This document shows, piece after piece, positions 21,042 through 36,675 of a stretch of DNA of 64,000 nucleotides. The translations under genes were made by a program, and so were the position numbers. The notes below the pieces were generated by a model. The model worked only from the letters and a program-made list of their open reading frames with translations, made no database searches and had not been told where the DNA came from. Numbering within the stretch: position 1 is the stretch's first letter; each line of letters starts with the position of its first letter. Source of the DNA: Eledone cirrhosa (lineage: Eukaryota); assembly GCA_964016885.1 (NCBI GenBank), contig OZ024742.1:290160001-290224000 (forward strand), written 5' to 3'.

Positions 21042-23013
21042 TAACTTTGAATAACTTTGAAATGTTTTGGCCAGTATTGGCCCAGGCCATGCCTAACTTA
21101 ATAGCACCACCTGGCGAAGTCTTTCAATTCAGGATTTGGGCACCATGGCCCATTCGAGAAGAGAATTACTGTTTGCGGAGACATATCCGGGTGTGGGTGG
21201 TTTGTCCGGGATTACTTGGAGGAATTTGTCCAAAGACTTCTTGAATTTTGTGTGGTCAGTTTCTGTTTTGACGTGTCCTGGTGTGATGTTGAAGAGAGCA
21301 GGGCCGATTGAGGTGAAATAATTGTGCCGTATTGTTGTTATGAGTTGCGATTTAGATTTTTGAATGGGACGGATAGCACGGGGCCCAAGCCTTGGGTGTA
21401 TCTTGAAGGCGATGCCAACATCATTTGGGCAGTGATGATGGAACATTTTCCACATCATGCAGATAATATAACGCTCACGGCGACGTTGGAGTGAGTAAAG
21501 TTTCAGGTTTTCCAATCGACCCCAGTAGTCAAGGTCTGACATGCCATCTATCTTTTTCGTGATTGCCCTTTGAGGAGCTTCAAGTTTCATGATACTTTGT
21601 TTCGTGTGGGGAGACCACAGTGGACAACAGTATTCAAGGTGTGGTCGGGCGAAAGTAGAGAAGAGAAGGATAATGGTGCGGGAATCTCTCGACTGGAAGG
21701 TTCTGAGGATCCAGGAACACATTCTGCGGGCCATGTCAACTTTGCTGCTTATATGCGTGGTCCAGCTTATGTTGCTGTCCACGGTTACTCCCAAGTCTCT
21801 GATGTTGTTAGATGCCACGAGAGTTTCCCCGGAGGGAAGGGAGTACGGGAGTTTCAGAGCATCTTCTTTTCCAAAGTGGATCAGTTCGAATTTGTCTTCG
21901 TTCAGTAACATGTTGTTCTTTTCTGCCCATTGGGTAACAGCCAGTAGGTCTGACTGAAGGCTTATCCGGTCATCCACGCCATTGATGACCTTTTGGAGCT
22001 TGGAATCATCAGCGAAAATTTTAATGTTGCTGTGTTTGATGATGTCAGTGATGTCATTAATATAGATGATGAAGAGAAGTGGGCCCAACACAGTGCCTTG
22101 TGGGACTCCACTACTGACTTTGGCTGGGCTTGATTTGACTCCCTCAACTACAACATGTTGGGTTCTGTTTGACAGGAAGCTCTTGATCCACTGCAGCAGC
22201 TTTCCAGTGACACCAATATTGGACAGCTTTCTCAGTAGAATGTTATGATCAACCCTGTCAAAGGCCTTGCTGAAATCAAGGTAGATAACATCAGTGTTGG
22301 AACCCTCTCCCAAGGCTCTCAAAATGTCATCAAAGTGATGCAGTAGTTGCGTCAGGCAATCCCTTCCATTACGGAATCCATGCTGGTTGGAGTTCAGCAT
22401 ATTGTTACTCTCAAGGAAGTGGGTCATTCGCGATCTCACCACTCGCTCAAATACCTTAATGATATGAGAGGTGAGTGAGATTGGACGGTAATTCACGGCA
22501 AGGGATTTGTTTCCCTTTTTGAAAACTGGGACAACAGACTGGGATAGAAGGTTTTCTGGCACATATCCAGCATCCAGTGAGTTCCGCCACAGATTGGCAA
22601 GAGGAGAAGCAAGTTGGTGTTGACACGCCTTCAAGACACAAGCAGGGAACCTATCGGGACCTACTGCTGAATTATGCTTGATTTCCTTTATTGCCGCCAA
22701 GACATCAGGGGCGCCAAACGTTATGTCCGATAAGGTGTAATGGGGAGTAACATCGCCGATACAGCCCAGATCGGCCATATCAGGATTGCTGAAAACAGAG
22801 CAGTATTGTTTCTGCAGTATCTCACCCATGGTTTTAGCATTGTCTTGAAGAGTGCCATTTTCATCAATTAGAGGGCCAACAGTAGAGCCAGTGATTTTGT
22901 GTTTTTTTGCAAATGAAAAGAACACTTTGGGATTGAGTTTGATCTTCTCAATGGCCCAGGCCTCTTCAGCTCTTCTCTGGTTGTTGATGAGGGACATTAT
23001 GTTGTTTTATGTT
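21042..23013 (-). mobile_element. 5'-truncated CR1-group LINE, copy 1
   Basis: RT ORF, ~90-nt 3' UTR and (TTCAAAGTTA)2 tail joined to TA. The 5' end also lies in TA. Confidence 0.92.
21129..22997 (-). CDS. LINE ORF2 fragment, reverse transcriptase (open, 622 aa, lacks the APE domain)
   Basis: [67 protein letters not shown]. Confidence 0.9.
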   Translation of the reverse strand: MSLINNQRRAEEAWAIEKIKLNPKVFFSFAKKHKITGSTVGPLIDENGTLQDNAKTMGEILQKQYCSVFSNPDMADLGCIGDVTPHYTLSDITFGAPDVLAAIKEIKHNSAVGPDRFPACVLKACQHQLASPLANLWRNSLDAGYVPENLLSQSVVPVFKKGNKSLAVNYRPISLTSHIIKVFERVVRSRMTHFLESNNMLNSNQHGFRNGRDCLTQLLHHFDDILRALGEGSNTDVIYLDFSKAFDRVDHNILLRKLSNIGVTGKLLQWIKSFLSNRTQHVVVEGVKSSPAKVSSGVPQGTVLGPLLFIIYINDITDIIKHSNIKIFADDSKLQKVINGVDDRISLQSDLLAVTQWAEKNNMLLNEDKFELIHFGKEDALKLPYSLPSGETLVASNNIRDLGVTVDSNISWTTHISSKVDMARRMCSWILRTFQSRDSRTIILLFSTFARPHLEYCCPLWSPHTKQSIMKLEAPQRAITKKIDGMSDLDYWGRLENLKLYSLQRRRERYIICMMWKMFHHHCPNDVGIAFKIHPRLGPRAIRPIQKSKSQLITTIRHNYFTSIGPALFNITPGHVKTETDHTKFKKSLDKFLQVIPDKPPTPGYVSANSNSLLEWAMVPKS

Positions 23014-23039
23014 GTATATACATATACATATACATATAC

Positions 23040-23121
<82 letters not shown>

Positions 23122-23219
23122 GTACATATATATATATACATATATATATATACATATATATATATATACATATATATATATACATATATATATATACATA
23201 TATATATATATATGTATAC

Positions 23220-23288
<69 letters not shown>

Positions 23289-23293
23289 ATACA

Positions 23294-23351
<58 letters not shown>

Positions 23352-23479
23352 TATGTATATGTATATGTATATATATATGTATATATATATATATGTATAT
23401 ATATATGTATATATATATATATGTATATGTATATGTATATATATATATATGTATATAAATATATATGTATATATATATG

Positions 23480-23648
<169 letters not shown>

Positions 23649-23675
23649 GTATATGTATATATATGTATATATATG

Positions 23676-23713
<38 letters not shown>

Positions 23714-24575
23714 TTGTCCAAATGGAAGAATTATTCTGTCAAGTTAAACAGTATAGACAGAAAAATACTCAGTCGTCTTCTACATCCATTAATGAAACTA
23801 CGCCAAGCCTGTTGCCACCCTCAGGCAGTTCGGGGAGAATTCCATTCCATAAACAAAAAGACGATGACAATGGAGGAATTATTACAGTCTTTGATAAAAA
23901 AAAAGGGGTTACAGAATGTGAAGAGGCTCACAGACAAGCTATTGCAGCCCGCCATGGACTTGCTGGGATATATATAATTAAAGATCAGATGAAAGATGCT
24001 ATAGAAAGCTACCGCGAAGTACTCTGGTCGGTAAGAGAACACAAGAACACTATAAGAACTGATGATCTACAGTTGCTTCATTGCTACCATAACCTAAATG
24101 AAGTGTTGTTAAACAAGCCAGAAGGTATTGCCACAGCTCTTGATGATGACAAACTCGGTGAAAAGGCAACTGAAATTCGAAATCGCCTAACAGAGAAACA
24201 CCAGAATTTTGTGAAAGAAGCTTTGACAATTGGCTTTCTTCGAAACAAAAAGCAGAAAATCTCGAGAAACAGTTATCCAATGAAGAATGGTGGGTGAACA
24301 TTCTGGACTTTGTTGTTGAGCAAGACAAAAGTTCTACATTACTAAACAAGATCCAACAGGATCTCACCTCAATTGATAAGAAAGGATTTTCAATAAGTGA
24401 TCAAATCCACTCTATAGAAGGCCTCAAGTTTATTGTGTCAAGACGTCTCACATCATTAGTATTAGAGAGAACAAAAATTCTGAAAACATTCAAGAAGTTT
24501 CAAGGTAAAATACCCAGTCAAGGAGAAATTGACGAGACTGTTTCCTGTTGTATCAGAGCTGAAAGGAAACATCAC
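23714..24575 (+). pseudogene. SHPRH: Intronless frameshifted fragment of SHPRH (SNF2 helicase/E3 ligase), probable retrocopy
   Basis: Translated across frames: [34 protein letters not shown] / [46 protein letters not shown]. This matches my recollection of the SHPRH region after the SNF2 N-lobe. Confidence 0.8.
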
Positions 24576-25293
24576 ACATCATGAAGGTGGCGACAACATG
24601 TAGACGATTCGCTGGCTGGATCTTGAGGACTTTCCTTACAAGAGATCGAGACAACATGTTGACACTGTGGAGGACTTTTGTCCTAAGCTGCCTGGACTAC
24701 TGCTCCCAGCTGTGGTCACCCCATAGTGTCAAACTAACCACGGAGCTTGAGGCAATCCAGCGAAGCTACACCAAGAGGATTGCCAAGATGAGGGAGACAA
24801 GCTACTGGGAGAGGCTAAAGGAACTGAACCTCTACTCCTTGGAGCGAAGACGGGAGAGATACGCAGTGATCTACATGTGGAAAATCCTGGAGGGACTAGC
24901 ACCAAACTTTGGCATTGGGAGCTGGACCAACCGTCGAACAGGACGTCACTGTGTGGTGCCAAAGGTCCCGTCTTCCACATCTAGAATAAGGAGCAGGTAT
25001 TGCAATAGCCTGGGATTCAAGGGCCCTCAACTCTTAAACAGGCTGCCGAGGCATCTGCGAGACTTGCAGGACGTGGAGGTGGATGTCTTTAAGAAACATC
25101 TCGACACCTTGTTATCCAGGATCCCGGATGAGCCCACAGCAAGACACGAGGGAAACCTAAGGGCAGCAGCAACAAACTCCCTCCTACACCAGTGGCCAAC
25201 CTATACAGGCTGGAGATAAAATGTGTAGCAACAAGGGCGGTGCCCCAGCATGGCCTCAGCCGGATGGCTGAAACAGGTAAAAGAGTAAAAGAG
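24576..25293 (+). mobile_element. 3' end of a second CR1-group LINE, fused to the SHPRH fragment
   Basis: GWILRTF..LDYCSQLWSPH..LYSLERRRERY..IPDEP. The 3' UTR GGCGGTGCCCCAGCATGGCC-hairpin-AAACAG ends in a (GTAAAAGA)2 tail running into TA. Confidence 0.9.
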
Positions 25294-25305
25294 TATATGT
25301 ATATA

Positions 25306-25361
<56 letters not shown>

Positions 25362-25371
25362 AATATATATG

Positions 25372-25766
<395 letters not shown>

Positions 25767-25767
25767 G

Positions 25768-25798
<31 letters not shown>

Positions 25799-25799
25799 G

Positions 25800-25830
<31 letters not shown>

Positions 25831-25831
25831 G

Positions 25832-25939
<108 letters not shown>

Positions 25940-25985
25940 GTATATATATAATATATATATATGTATATATATATATATGTATATA

Positions 25986-26081
<96 letters not shown>

Positions 26082-26290
26082 TTCTCCGTCCGTTGAGAAC
26101 AAATCTGTTGCTTTACTAGGCTGCTATTTCTTTAGTAGTAATTGTAGACAGCAAGTCTTTGATTTTCCCGCTTTTACTTCGGTCCAGTTTACATACGGGT
26201 CACTTTTACGACCTTTCAGACCTTTATTAGCTGGCAGGAGGTTGTATATTTTGTCGTTCCTGGGACGTTTAGCCCTAGGATGGGAAAATG

Positions 26291-26370
26291 CTTCTCTGAT
26301 GAGCTTTGGTTTTCCATCATGAATCCATCGGATTTATGAGGTTTTACAAAGCGAAACTGATCAGTAAGGG
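26291..26370 (+). ncRNA. Hammerhead ribozyme, family I unit 1
   Basis: CTTCT-CTGATGA-GCTTTG..TCATGAATCC ATC GGATTTATGA..CAAAGC-GAAA-CTGATCAG-TA-AGGG. Confidence 0.85.
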
Positions 26371-26775
26371 CCACTAGAAGAGGTAAATATTTATATTATA
26401 TTTTTTAATGTATTTTGAAAAATTGATTGAATTTTACTTGTTCTGCTTATCTTAATATTAAAGTTCTGGTGTATCAAATTAACACCATTGAACAACCCTG
26501 AATTATAGACAACCTATGTATTTCTAGGGGTACCTAGTATCCCTGGACATATTAACTTATACCTTTTTCTCCGTCCGTTGAGAACAAATCTGTTGCTTTA
26601 CTAGGCTGCTATTTCTTTAGTAGTAATTGTAGACAGCAAGTCTTTGATTTTCCCGCTTTTACTTCGGTCCAGTTTACATACGGGTCACTTTTACGACCTT
26701 TCAGACCTTTATTAGCTGGCAGGAGGTTGTATATTTTGTCGTTCCTGGGACGTTTAGCCCTAGGATGGGAAAATG

Positions 26776-26855
26776 CTTCTCTGATGAGCTTTGGTTTTCC
26801 ATCATGAATCCATCGGATTTATGAGGTCTTACAAAGCGAAACTGATCAGTAAGGG
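26776..26855 (+). ncRNA. Hammerhead ribozyme, family I unit 2
   Basis: Same motif 485 nt downstream. Confidence 0.85.
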
Positions 26856-27066
26856 CCACTAGAAGAGGTAAATATTTATATTATATTTTTTAATGTATTT
26901 TGAAAAATTGATTGAATTTTACTTGTTCTGCTTATCTTAATATTAAAGTTCTGGTGTATCAAATTAACACCATTGAACAACCCTGAATCATAGACAACCT
27001 ATGTATTTCTAGGGGTACCTAGTATCCCTGGACATATTAACTTATATGTATATATATATGTATATA

Positions 27067-27126
<60 letters not shown>

Positions 27127-27128
<2 letters not shown>

Positions 27129-28998
27129 ACTTTGAATAACTTTGAAATGTTTTGGCCAGTATTGGCCCAGGCCATGTCTAACTTAATAGCACCACCTGGC
27201 GAAGTCTTTCAATTCAGGATTTGGGCACCATGGCCCATTCGAGAAGAGAATTACTGTTTGCGGAGACATATCCGGGTGTGGGTGGTTTGTCCGGGATTAC
27301 TTGGAGGAATTTGTCCAAAGACTTCTTGAATTTTGTGTGGTCAGTTTCTGTTTTGACGTGTCCTGGTGTGATGTTGAAGAGAGCAGGGCCGATTGAGGTG
27401 AAATAATTGTGCCGTATTGTTGTTATGAGTTGCGATTTAGATTTTTGAATGGGACGGATAGCACGGGGCCCAAGCCTTGGGTGTATCTTGAAGGCGATGC
27501 CAACATCATTTGGGCAGTGATGATGGAACATTTTCCACATCATGCAGATAATATAACGCTCACGGCGACGTTGGAGTGAGTAAAGTTTCAGGTTTTCTAA
27601 TCGACCCCAGTAGTCAAGGTCTGACATGCCATCTATCTTTTTCGTGATTGCCCTTTGAGGAGCTTCAAGTTTCATGATACTTTGTTTCGTGTGGGGAGAC
27701 CACAGTGGACAACAGTATTCAAGGTGTGGTCGGGCGAAAGTAGAGAAGAGAAGGATAATGGTGCGGGAATCTCTCGACTGGAAGGTTCTGAGGATCCAGG
27801 AACACATTCTGCGGGCCATGTCAACTTTGCTGCTTATATGCGTGGTCCAGCTTATATTGCTGTCCACGGTTACTCCCAAGTCTCTGATGTTGTTAGATGC
27901 CACGAGAGTTTCCCCGGAGGGAAGGGAGTACGGGAGTTTCAGAGCATCCTCTTTTCCAAAGTGGATCAGTTCAAATTTGTCTTCGTTCAGTAACATGTTG
28001 TTCTTTTCTGCCCATTGGGTAACAGCCAGTAGGTCTGACTGAAGGCTTATCCGGTCATCCACGCCATTGATGACCTTTTGGAGCTTGGAATCATCAGCGA
28101 AAATTTTAATGTTGCTGTGTTTGATGATGTCAGTGATGTCATTAATATAGATGATGAAGAGAAGTGGGCCCAACACAGTGCCTTGTGGGACCCCACTACT
28201 GACTTTGGCTGGGCTTGATTTGACTCCCTCAACTACAACATGTTGGGTTCTGTTTGACAGGAAGCTCTTGATCCACTGCAGCAGCTTTCCAGTGACACCA
28301 ATATTGGACAGCTTTCTCAGTAGAATGTTATGATCAACCCTGTCAAAGGCCTTGCTGAAATCAAGGTAGATAACATCAGTGTTGGAACCCTCTCCCAAGG
28401 CTCTCAAAATGTCATCAAAGTGATGCAGTAGCTGCGTCAGGCAATCCCTTCCATTACGGAATCCATGCTGGTTGGAGTTCAGCATATTGTTACTCTCAAG
28501 GAAGTGGGTCATTCGCGATCTCACCACTCGCTCAAATACCTTAATGATATGAGAGGTGAGTGAGATTGGACGGTAATTCACGGCAAGGGATTTGTTTGCC
28601 TTTTTGAAAACTGGGACAACAGACTGGGATAGAAGGTTTTCTGGCACATATCCAGCATCCAGTGAGTTCCGCCACAGATTGGCAAGAGGAGATGCAAGTT
28701 GGTGTTGACACGCCTTCAAGACACAAGCAGGGAACTATCGGGACCTACTGCTGAATTATGCTTGATTTCCTTTATTGCCGCCAGGACATCAGGGGCGCCA
28801 AACGTTATGTCCGATAAGGTGTAATGGGGAGTAACATCGCCGATACAGCCCAGATCGGCCATATCAGGATTGCTGAAAACAGAGCAGTATTGTTTCTGCA
28901 GTATCTCACCCATGGTTTTAGCATTGTTTGAAAGAGTGCCATTTTCATCAATTAGAGGGCCAACAGTAGAGCCAGTGATTTTGTGTTTTTTTGCAAAA
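27127..28998 (-). mobile_element. 5'-truncated CR1-group LINE, copy 2 (~99% identical to 21042-22915; 1-nt deletion at ~28735)
   Basis: ORF 27214-28719 is near-identical to copy 1, with the same tail and a different 5' truncation point. Confidence 0.92.
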
Positions 28999-28999
28999 T

Positions 29000-30866
<1,867 letters not shown>

Positions 30867-30961
30867 ATAACGAAGGAAATGTGGTAAGGAACCAGGTGGA
30901 CCATAACGCACCAAAGTACTCAATACTTGAGGTAGTAGAGTGGGTAATAGGAGCCAGTAAG

Positions 30962-31055
30962 ACCCCGACAGCTGAGCTCAAGCCGTTTCGACGGCTAATT
31001 CTGGACTAAATGAAAATTTATCCTGGTATTTAAATAGCCGATCTTCTCAAGGGGT
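30962..31055 (-). ncRNA. Hammerhead motif, family A, downstream pLTR (U3-A8 core)
   Basis: Reverse complement reads ACCCC-TTGAGAA-GA(T)CGGCTA..TAGCCGTC-GAAA-CGGCT TGAGCTC AGCTG-TC-GGGGT. Confidence 0.85.
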
Positions 31056-32162
31056 AATTCATATATGGTCAAAGTGATTGTCAAAAATCAGTAGTTATTC
31101 TGTGGTTGCAAATTAGTAGGGAGATGGTGGCTAAACCTGCCAGTAGGAGAAAGAGGGGAGGGGGTGGAGTAGACCCAATCAAGCGTTGGTAGTGCCAGCT
31201 ACAGCTGGACATGAGGTCAAAGAAGATACAGGGGAGGGGGAGGGGGAGGAAGTCGGAACGGTAGGTAGAACAATGGGGAGTAGAAATAGGAAAGAAAAAA
31301 TACTGAGAGTGAAGAAAAGCAAATAAGTGTAAAGAAAAAAGTAAAGTAAATTAAATTCAACGACCTAGGTGTCAGGCTATTGTTAGGCGAGAATAAAATA
31401 AAGAAAGAAAGAAAGAAGTAAATAAATAAATAAATAAATAAATAAGGAAATAAGTAAGAGAACTAGGTGGGACGGATAAGGCAAGGACCCTTTTAAGAGG
31501 TATAAGTACGTAAATGATACGGTGACGGGTCAACAAAAGGGGCCAAAATACTAAAGAGACTACCACGAAATAAACAATAAAGGTTTCCATCCCGGGCCAG
31601 CAACGACCCAGTGCAGCAAAGTGAACTTGTACGAGATAATAATTCTGAGTCCCGAGAAAAATATATACTAATGCTAACTCTAAAAGATCTAAAACAAGCT
31701 ACATGAAAGTTCGTACGAAATAAAGGTAGAATACGGAGAAATAAATTCAGAATCCACCCCGCCCAGAAGAAAAGCGAAGCAAGAAATACTGAAACGAAAA
31801 AATAAGGCATAAGTGCCACTAAGAAATATAGAGGGCACAGAGAATAGTGGGAGCGGTCGGAAAAAGGGGGAAAGTATCCGGGGTCTAAGCCAACTGCTAT
31901 AAAGGGCGGAGTCCGCCAAATCTATCAAAGACTAGGGGAGGGGGGGGGGGGGGGTACTAAGGCTACATGGGGCCAAAGGGCAGCCTCGGGTGGGCGAGAA
32001 AAGACGCCGACAAAGGAGAAGAGCTGGGGTAGAAGGACAAAGGAGAGAGGGGGGAAGGAAATAAAGGAAGCGATAGAAGAATACAAAGAAGATCTTACGT
32101 CTTCCTTGGCAAGCAGGGGTTACCCATTGCAAAATCGGCAACTGGGGTGTTATAGCCCTAGT

Positions 32163-34323
32163 CTACCCCCCCCCCCCCGGGTCATTATGGGGTTTGAGGG
32201 CGAGGTAAGTCCTACGCAATCTATGTTTACATGCAGTAACCAGTTCATCTTTCTTGTTTAGGAGTTGGTCCGTCGAAAACAGCATTTGTAAAGTTTCCTC
32301 CGAGCATAAATTGCACGGACGGCGTCCTCCCGTGTAAGAATTGGCTCTGGACAGTAATCTCCAAGTGAGATCATAGGTGATGTTGTTGTCCTTGAGGTCC
32401 CATATGTGGCCCGAAAGTGTAGTGGCGTGACGCCGGGCCGGGTTTCGGAAGGTATGTCTATGTTGGTATAGCCGGGTCTTGAAGTCACATGCGGTAAGTC
32501 CTATATAGGCTTTGTTGGAGGTATCCGTCCTCACGTTGCACTGGTAGATCACATTACGGTCTCTGCATCTATTGTCGAGTGGGCAAATAGATCTATCCGG
32601 GCAGTTACACCTCCTGGTCGGTTCTCCACTGCTAATTAGGTTATTTCTGCCATCGGGGTTGAGTTTTTTGTTGTTAGAGGAGACGATGTTTTGTGCGAAG
32701 TTTGGTGTAGTGCTGTAAGAGAGTTTGATGGTATTTTTGTTAATTATGTTGTGGTAGCGGTGTTGTAATGGGAAGTGTTTTTCAATGAGCCTAAAGAATA
32801 GTTTCCCGATGGGAGTAGTCAACTCTGCGTTGTGGGGAGGATTGAACCATGTTACATTGCGTGAGCGGCGGTGTCTCCTGCTGGTTCCGCTAATGGGAGC
32901 TGGACAGTAGGATATTTCCTCCCGGAAACCACTCCGCTTGAGGGCCTGATTGTAATAAGGCGCATGTTCATCGAATATCCGCTCATTAGCTGACAAACGG
33001 GATATGCGGAGGGAGATGTTTTTGACCAGGTTGTTTGTGATGTTCCTAGGATGGTTTGATCGGCGGTGGATGTAGTGCAGATTGTCATTAGGTTTCCTGT
33101 ATGGGTAGTACAGGTCGTTTTCGAGGTCGAGGGTTACGTCCAGGAAGTTTACTCGGGTCAGGGACGTTTGTAGGGTTATTTTAAATCCCCAGTCGCGGAA
33201 GAATCTGATTAATTGTTTCCGGACCCGATCTGTACTACTGGGGTTGTACCCTTTAAGGGTAAGGAGCCCATCATCACGGTACAATCCACCACCGAATGCA
33301 GGAAACATATCAGTGAGTTTGGCTATTAGGAATAATCCTATAAGATCATTGACCTCCGCCGAATCCGTGGCGCCCATGCTGACGTCGAAGGGTGAGTCGG
33401 GAGCTCTTTTTATCCATTTAGAGTTGTCAAAGAGTAAGACTGTCTTCCTGGCGTGGAGGATGATTTTTCTTTCCTGGTCGGTAATGGGCACGAGTGTTTC
33501 GGCGAAGTCCAAGGCGGCAGTAAGTAGCGGTAAGGTGATTGAAGCATAGTAGCTCTCTATGTCGAACTGTATGAATTTAGTTTCTCGTTTATCCTCCATA
33601 TTGCTGAACCAGGAGATTACTTCCTGGGTGTTGATCCATAGGCTAAGTCGGGTGTGTTGCTTGACTTTTGGTATCACGCGGTCTAGGATTTTTTTGCTGA
33701 TTCTCCCTATGTCGGACTTCGTTGGGTTAATAAGCCTGATGGAGGGTTTACGGTCAACATCGGATTTATGGTCCTTCAGTGTGAAGTATGGTGTCCGTGG
33801 GTCTAGAGGTTCCGTGCGGTCGGCGACCCCGAGGCTAGAGGTGATTTGTTGTCCATCTCGATTTATGTCCTCGATACAAGAGTGGTTGGCCTTTTTATAG
33901 GTGGAGTTTAGGCTGCTCCTGATCAGTGTGTGGTATCTGTCAGGGTTGACAAAGTATAGGTTCCCAGTTTTATCCGAATGCACCATGATGTCATTTGTGT
34001 TATCATACTCTGTTAAGTTGCTACGGAGTTTTTGTAGGAATCGGTTGTGTCTGGGTTTTAAATTTAATGTTCTTGACCAGTTGGAAGAGGTCATTCTCGA
34101 AGGGTGCGAGCAAGGGGTTCAGGGCCGGAGATTTGTAGGTAATAAATCCGAATCTCTCCTTGGTGCCGAAGTCTTGGTTGTCGCAATATCTGTCATAGAA
34201 AAAAGTTCTCCATCTAAGTCTTTTCGCAAATAGATCAATTTTTTGCGTGAGCATCCGAAGGTAAAGTTTTTTTGGTGGGATTGGGATGTTCTTGGTAGAG
34301 AAGTCAATGTTGTGTTTTCGCAT
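32163..34323 (-). CDS. PLE RT plus GIY-YIG endonuclease (~719 aa after removing one extra A near 34058)
   Basis: DFSTKNIPIP..KRLRWRTFF (34021-34470 frame) joins SDKTGNLY, TLKDHK, RLINP, FDIESYYASI, FDVSMGATDSAEV, LYRDDGL, VNFLDVTL, SNHP, CNCPDRSIC, IY..YIG, CNLC. Confidence 0.9.
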
Positions 34324-34508
34324 GGTGCGGGTGAAATGAATTGAGCTTAGCGGAAAAGTCTGGATACGGCGTGGTAGGGTCGGAAAGTGCTCTACTACGG
34401 GAGTAGGAGCTAGATAACGAAGGAAATGTGGTAAGGAACCAGGTGGACCATAACGCACCAAAGTACTCAATACTTGAGGTAGTAGAGTGGGTAATAGGAA
34501 CCAGTAAG

Positions 34509-34602
34509 ACCCCGACAGCTGAGCTCAAGCCGTTTCGACGGCTAATTCTGGACTAAATGAAAATTTATTCTGGTATTTAAATAGCCGATCTTCTCAAGGG
34601 GT
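34509..34602 (-). ncRNA. Hammerhead motif, family A, upstream pLTR
   Basis: Same motif, 3547 nt from the downstream copy. Confidence 0.85.
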
Positions 34603-34845
34603 AATTCCATATATGGTCAAAGTGATTGTCAAAAATCAGTAGTAATTCTGTGGTTGCAAATTAGTAGGGGAGATGGTGGCTAAACCTGCCAGTAGGAGAA
34701 AGAGGGGAGGGGGTGGAGTAGACCCAATCAAGCGTTGGTAGTGCCAGCTACAGCTGGGCATGAGGTCAAAGAAGATACAGGGGAGGGGGAGGGGGAGGAA
34801 GTCGGAACGGTAGGTAGAACAATGGGGGGTAGAAATAGGAAAGTA

Positions 34846-35950
34846 TTGTACCGTGATTGTACCGTGATGATGGGCTCCTTACCCTTAAAGGGTACAACCC
34901 CAGTAGTACAGATCGGGTCCGGAAACAATTAATCAGATTCTTCCGCGACTGGGGATTTAAAATAACCCTACAAACGTCCCTGACCCGAGTAAACTTCCTG
35001 GACGTAACCCTCGACCTCGAAAACGACCTGTACTACCCATACAGGAAACCTAATGACAATCTGCACTACATCCACCGCCGATCAAACCATCCTAGGAACA
35101 TCACAAACAACCTGGTCAAAAACATCTCCCTCCGCATATCCCGTTTGTCAGCTAATGAGCGGATATTCGATGAACATGCGCCTTATTACAATCAGGCCCT
35201 CAAGCGGAGTGGTTTCCGGGAGGAAATATCCTACTGTCCAGCTCCCATTAGCGGAACCAGCAGGAGACACCGCCGCTCACGCAATGTAACATGGTTCAAT
35301 CCTCCCCACAACGCAGAGGTGACTACTCCCATCGGGAAACTATTCTTTAGGCTCATTGAAAAACACTTCCCATTACAACACCGCTACCACAACATAATTA
35401 ACAAAAATACCATCAAACTCTCTTACAGCACTACACCAAACTTCGCACAAAACATCGTCTCCTCTAACAACAAAAAACTCAACCCCGATGGCAGAAATAA
35501 CCTAATTAGCAGTGGAGAACCGACCAGGAGGTGTAACTGCCCGGATAGATCTATTTGCCCACTCGACAATAGATGCAGAGACCGTAATGTGATCTACCAG
35601 TGCAACGTGAGGACGGATACCTCCAACAAAGCCTATATAGGACTTACCGCATGTGACTTCAAGACCCGGCTATACCAACATAGACATACCTTCCGAAACC
35701 CGGCCCGGCGTCACGCCACTACACTTTCGGGCCACATATGGGACCTCAAGGACAACAACATCACCTATGATCTCACTTGGAGATTACTGTCCAGAGCCAA
35801 TTCTTACACGGGAGGACGCCGTCCGTGCAATTTATGCTCGGAGGAAACTTTACAAATGCTGTTTTCGACGGACCAACTCCTAAACAAGAAAGATGAACTG
35901 GTTACTGCATGTAAACATAGATTGCGTAGGACTTACCTCGCCCTCAAACC
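34846..35950 (+). mobile_element. Inverted partial copy of the PLE family A ORF (YRDD to near the C-terminus), running into the assembly gap
   Basis: Reverse complement of ~32193-33285. ATTGTACCGTG is duplicated at the junction. Confidence 0.9.
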
Positions 35951-36150
35951 NNNNNNNNNNNNNNNNNNNNNNNNNNNNNNNNNNNNNNNNNNNNNNNNNN
36001 NNNNNNNNNNNNNNNNNNNNNNNNNNNNNNNNNNNNNNNNNNNNNNNNNNNNNNNNNNNNNNNNNNNNNNNNNNNNNNNNNNNNNNNNNNNNNNNNNNNN
36101 NNNNNNNNNNNNNNNNNNNNNNNNNNNNNNNNNNNNNNNNNNNNNNNNNN
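35951..36150. other. Assembly gap (200 N)
   Basis: Run of N. Confidence 1.
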
Positions 36151-36675
36151 TATATGTATGTATATGTATATATGTATATATATATATATATGTGTGTGTA
36201 TATATATATGTATATATATATATGTATATATATATATGTATGTATATGTATATATGTATATATATATATATATATGTGTGTATATATATATATGTGTGTA
36301 TATATATATATACATGTGTGTGTATGTGTGTGTGTATATGTATATATATATGTATATGTATATATATGTATATGTGTGTATATATATGTGTATGTATATG
36401 TATATATATGTATGTGTGTATATATATGTGTATATATATGTATATATATGTATATGTGTGTATATATATGTGTATATATATATTTATATGTATATATATG
36501 TATATGTGTGAATATATATGTGTATATATATGTATATATATGTATATATATATATATATATATATGTATATGTATGTGTATATATATATATATGTATATA
36601 TATGTGTGTGTATATATATATATGTATATATATGTGTGTGTATATATATATATGTGTGTGTATATATGTATATGT

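Larger units (their letters stand above)
26079..27045 (+). mobile_element. Retrozyme-like tandem dimer, family I (2 x 485 bp)
   Basis: Two ~99% identical head-to-tail units, each with an HHR. No recognisable ORF; TA on both sides. Confidence 0.85.
30867..34845 (-). mobile_element. Near-complete Penelope-like element family A with partial tandem pLTRs
   Basis: 34413-34845 directly repeats 30867-31295, each with an HHR, and the two flank the full RT-EN ORF. Confidence 0.93.

Noticed and set aside
26079-27045. CRISPR-like array
   Set aside because: Two long identical units with no spacers, in a eukaryotic context.
34021-34094. Programmed frameshift in the PLE A ORF
   Set aside because: It would need +1 and TTTAAAA is not in slippery phase. 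A homopolymer indel or mutation is more likely, and PLEs have single ORFs.
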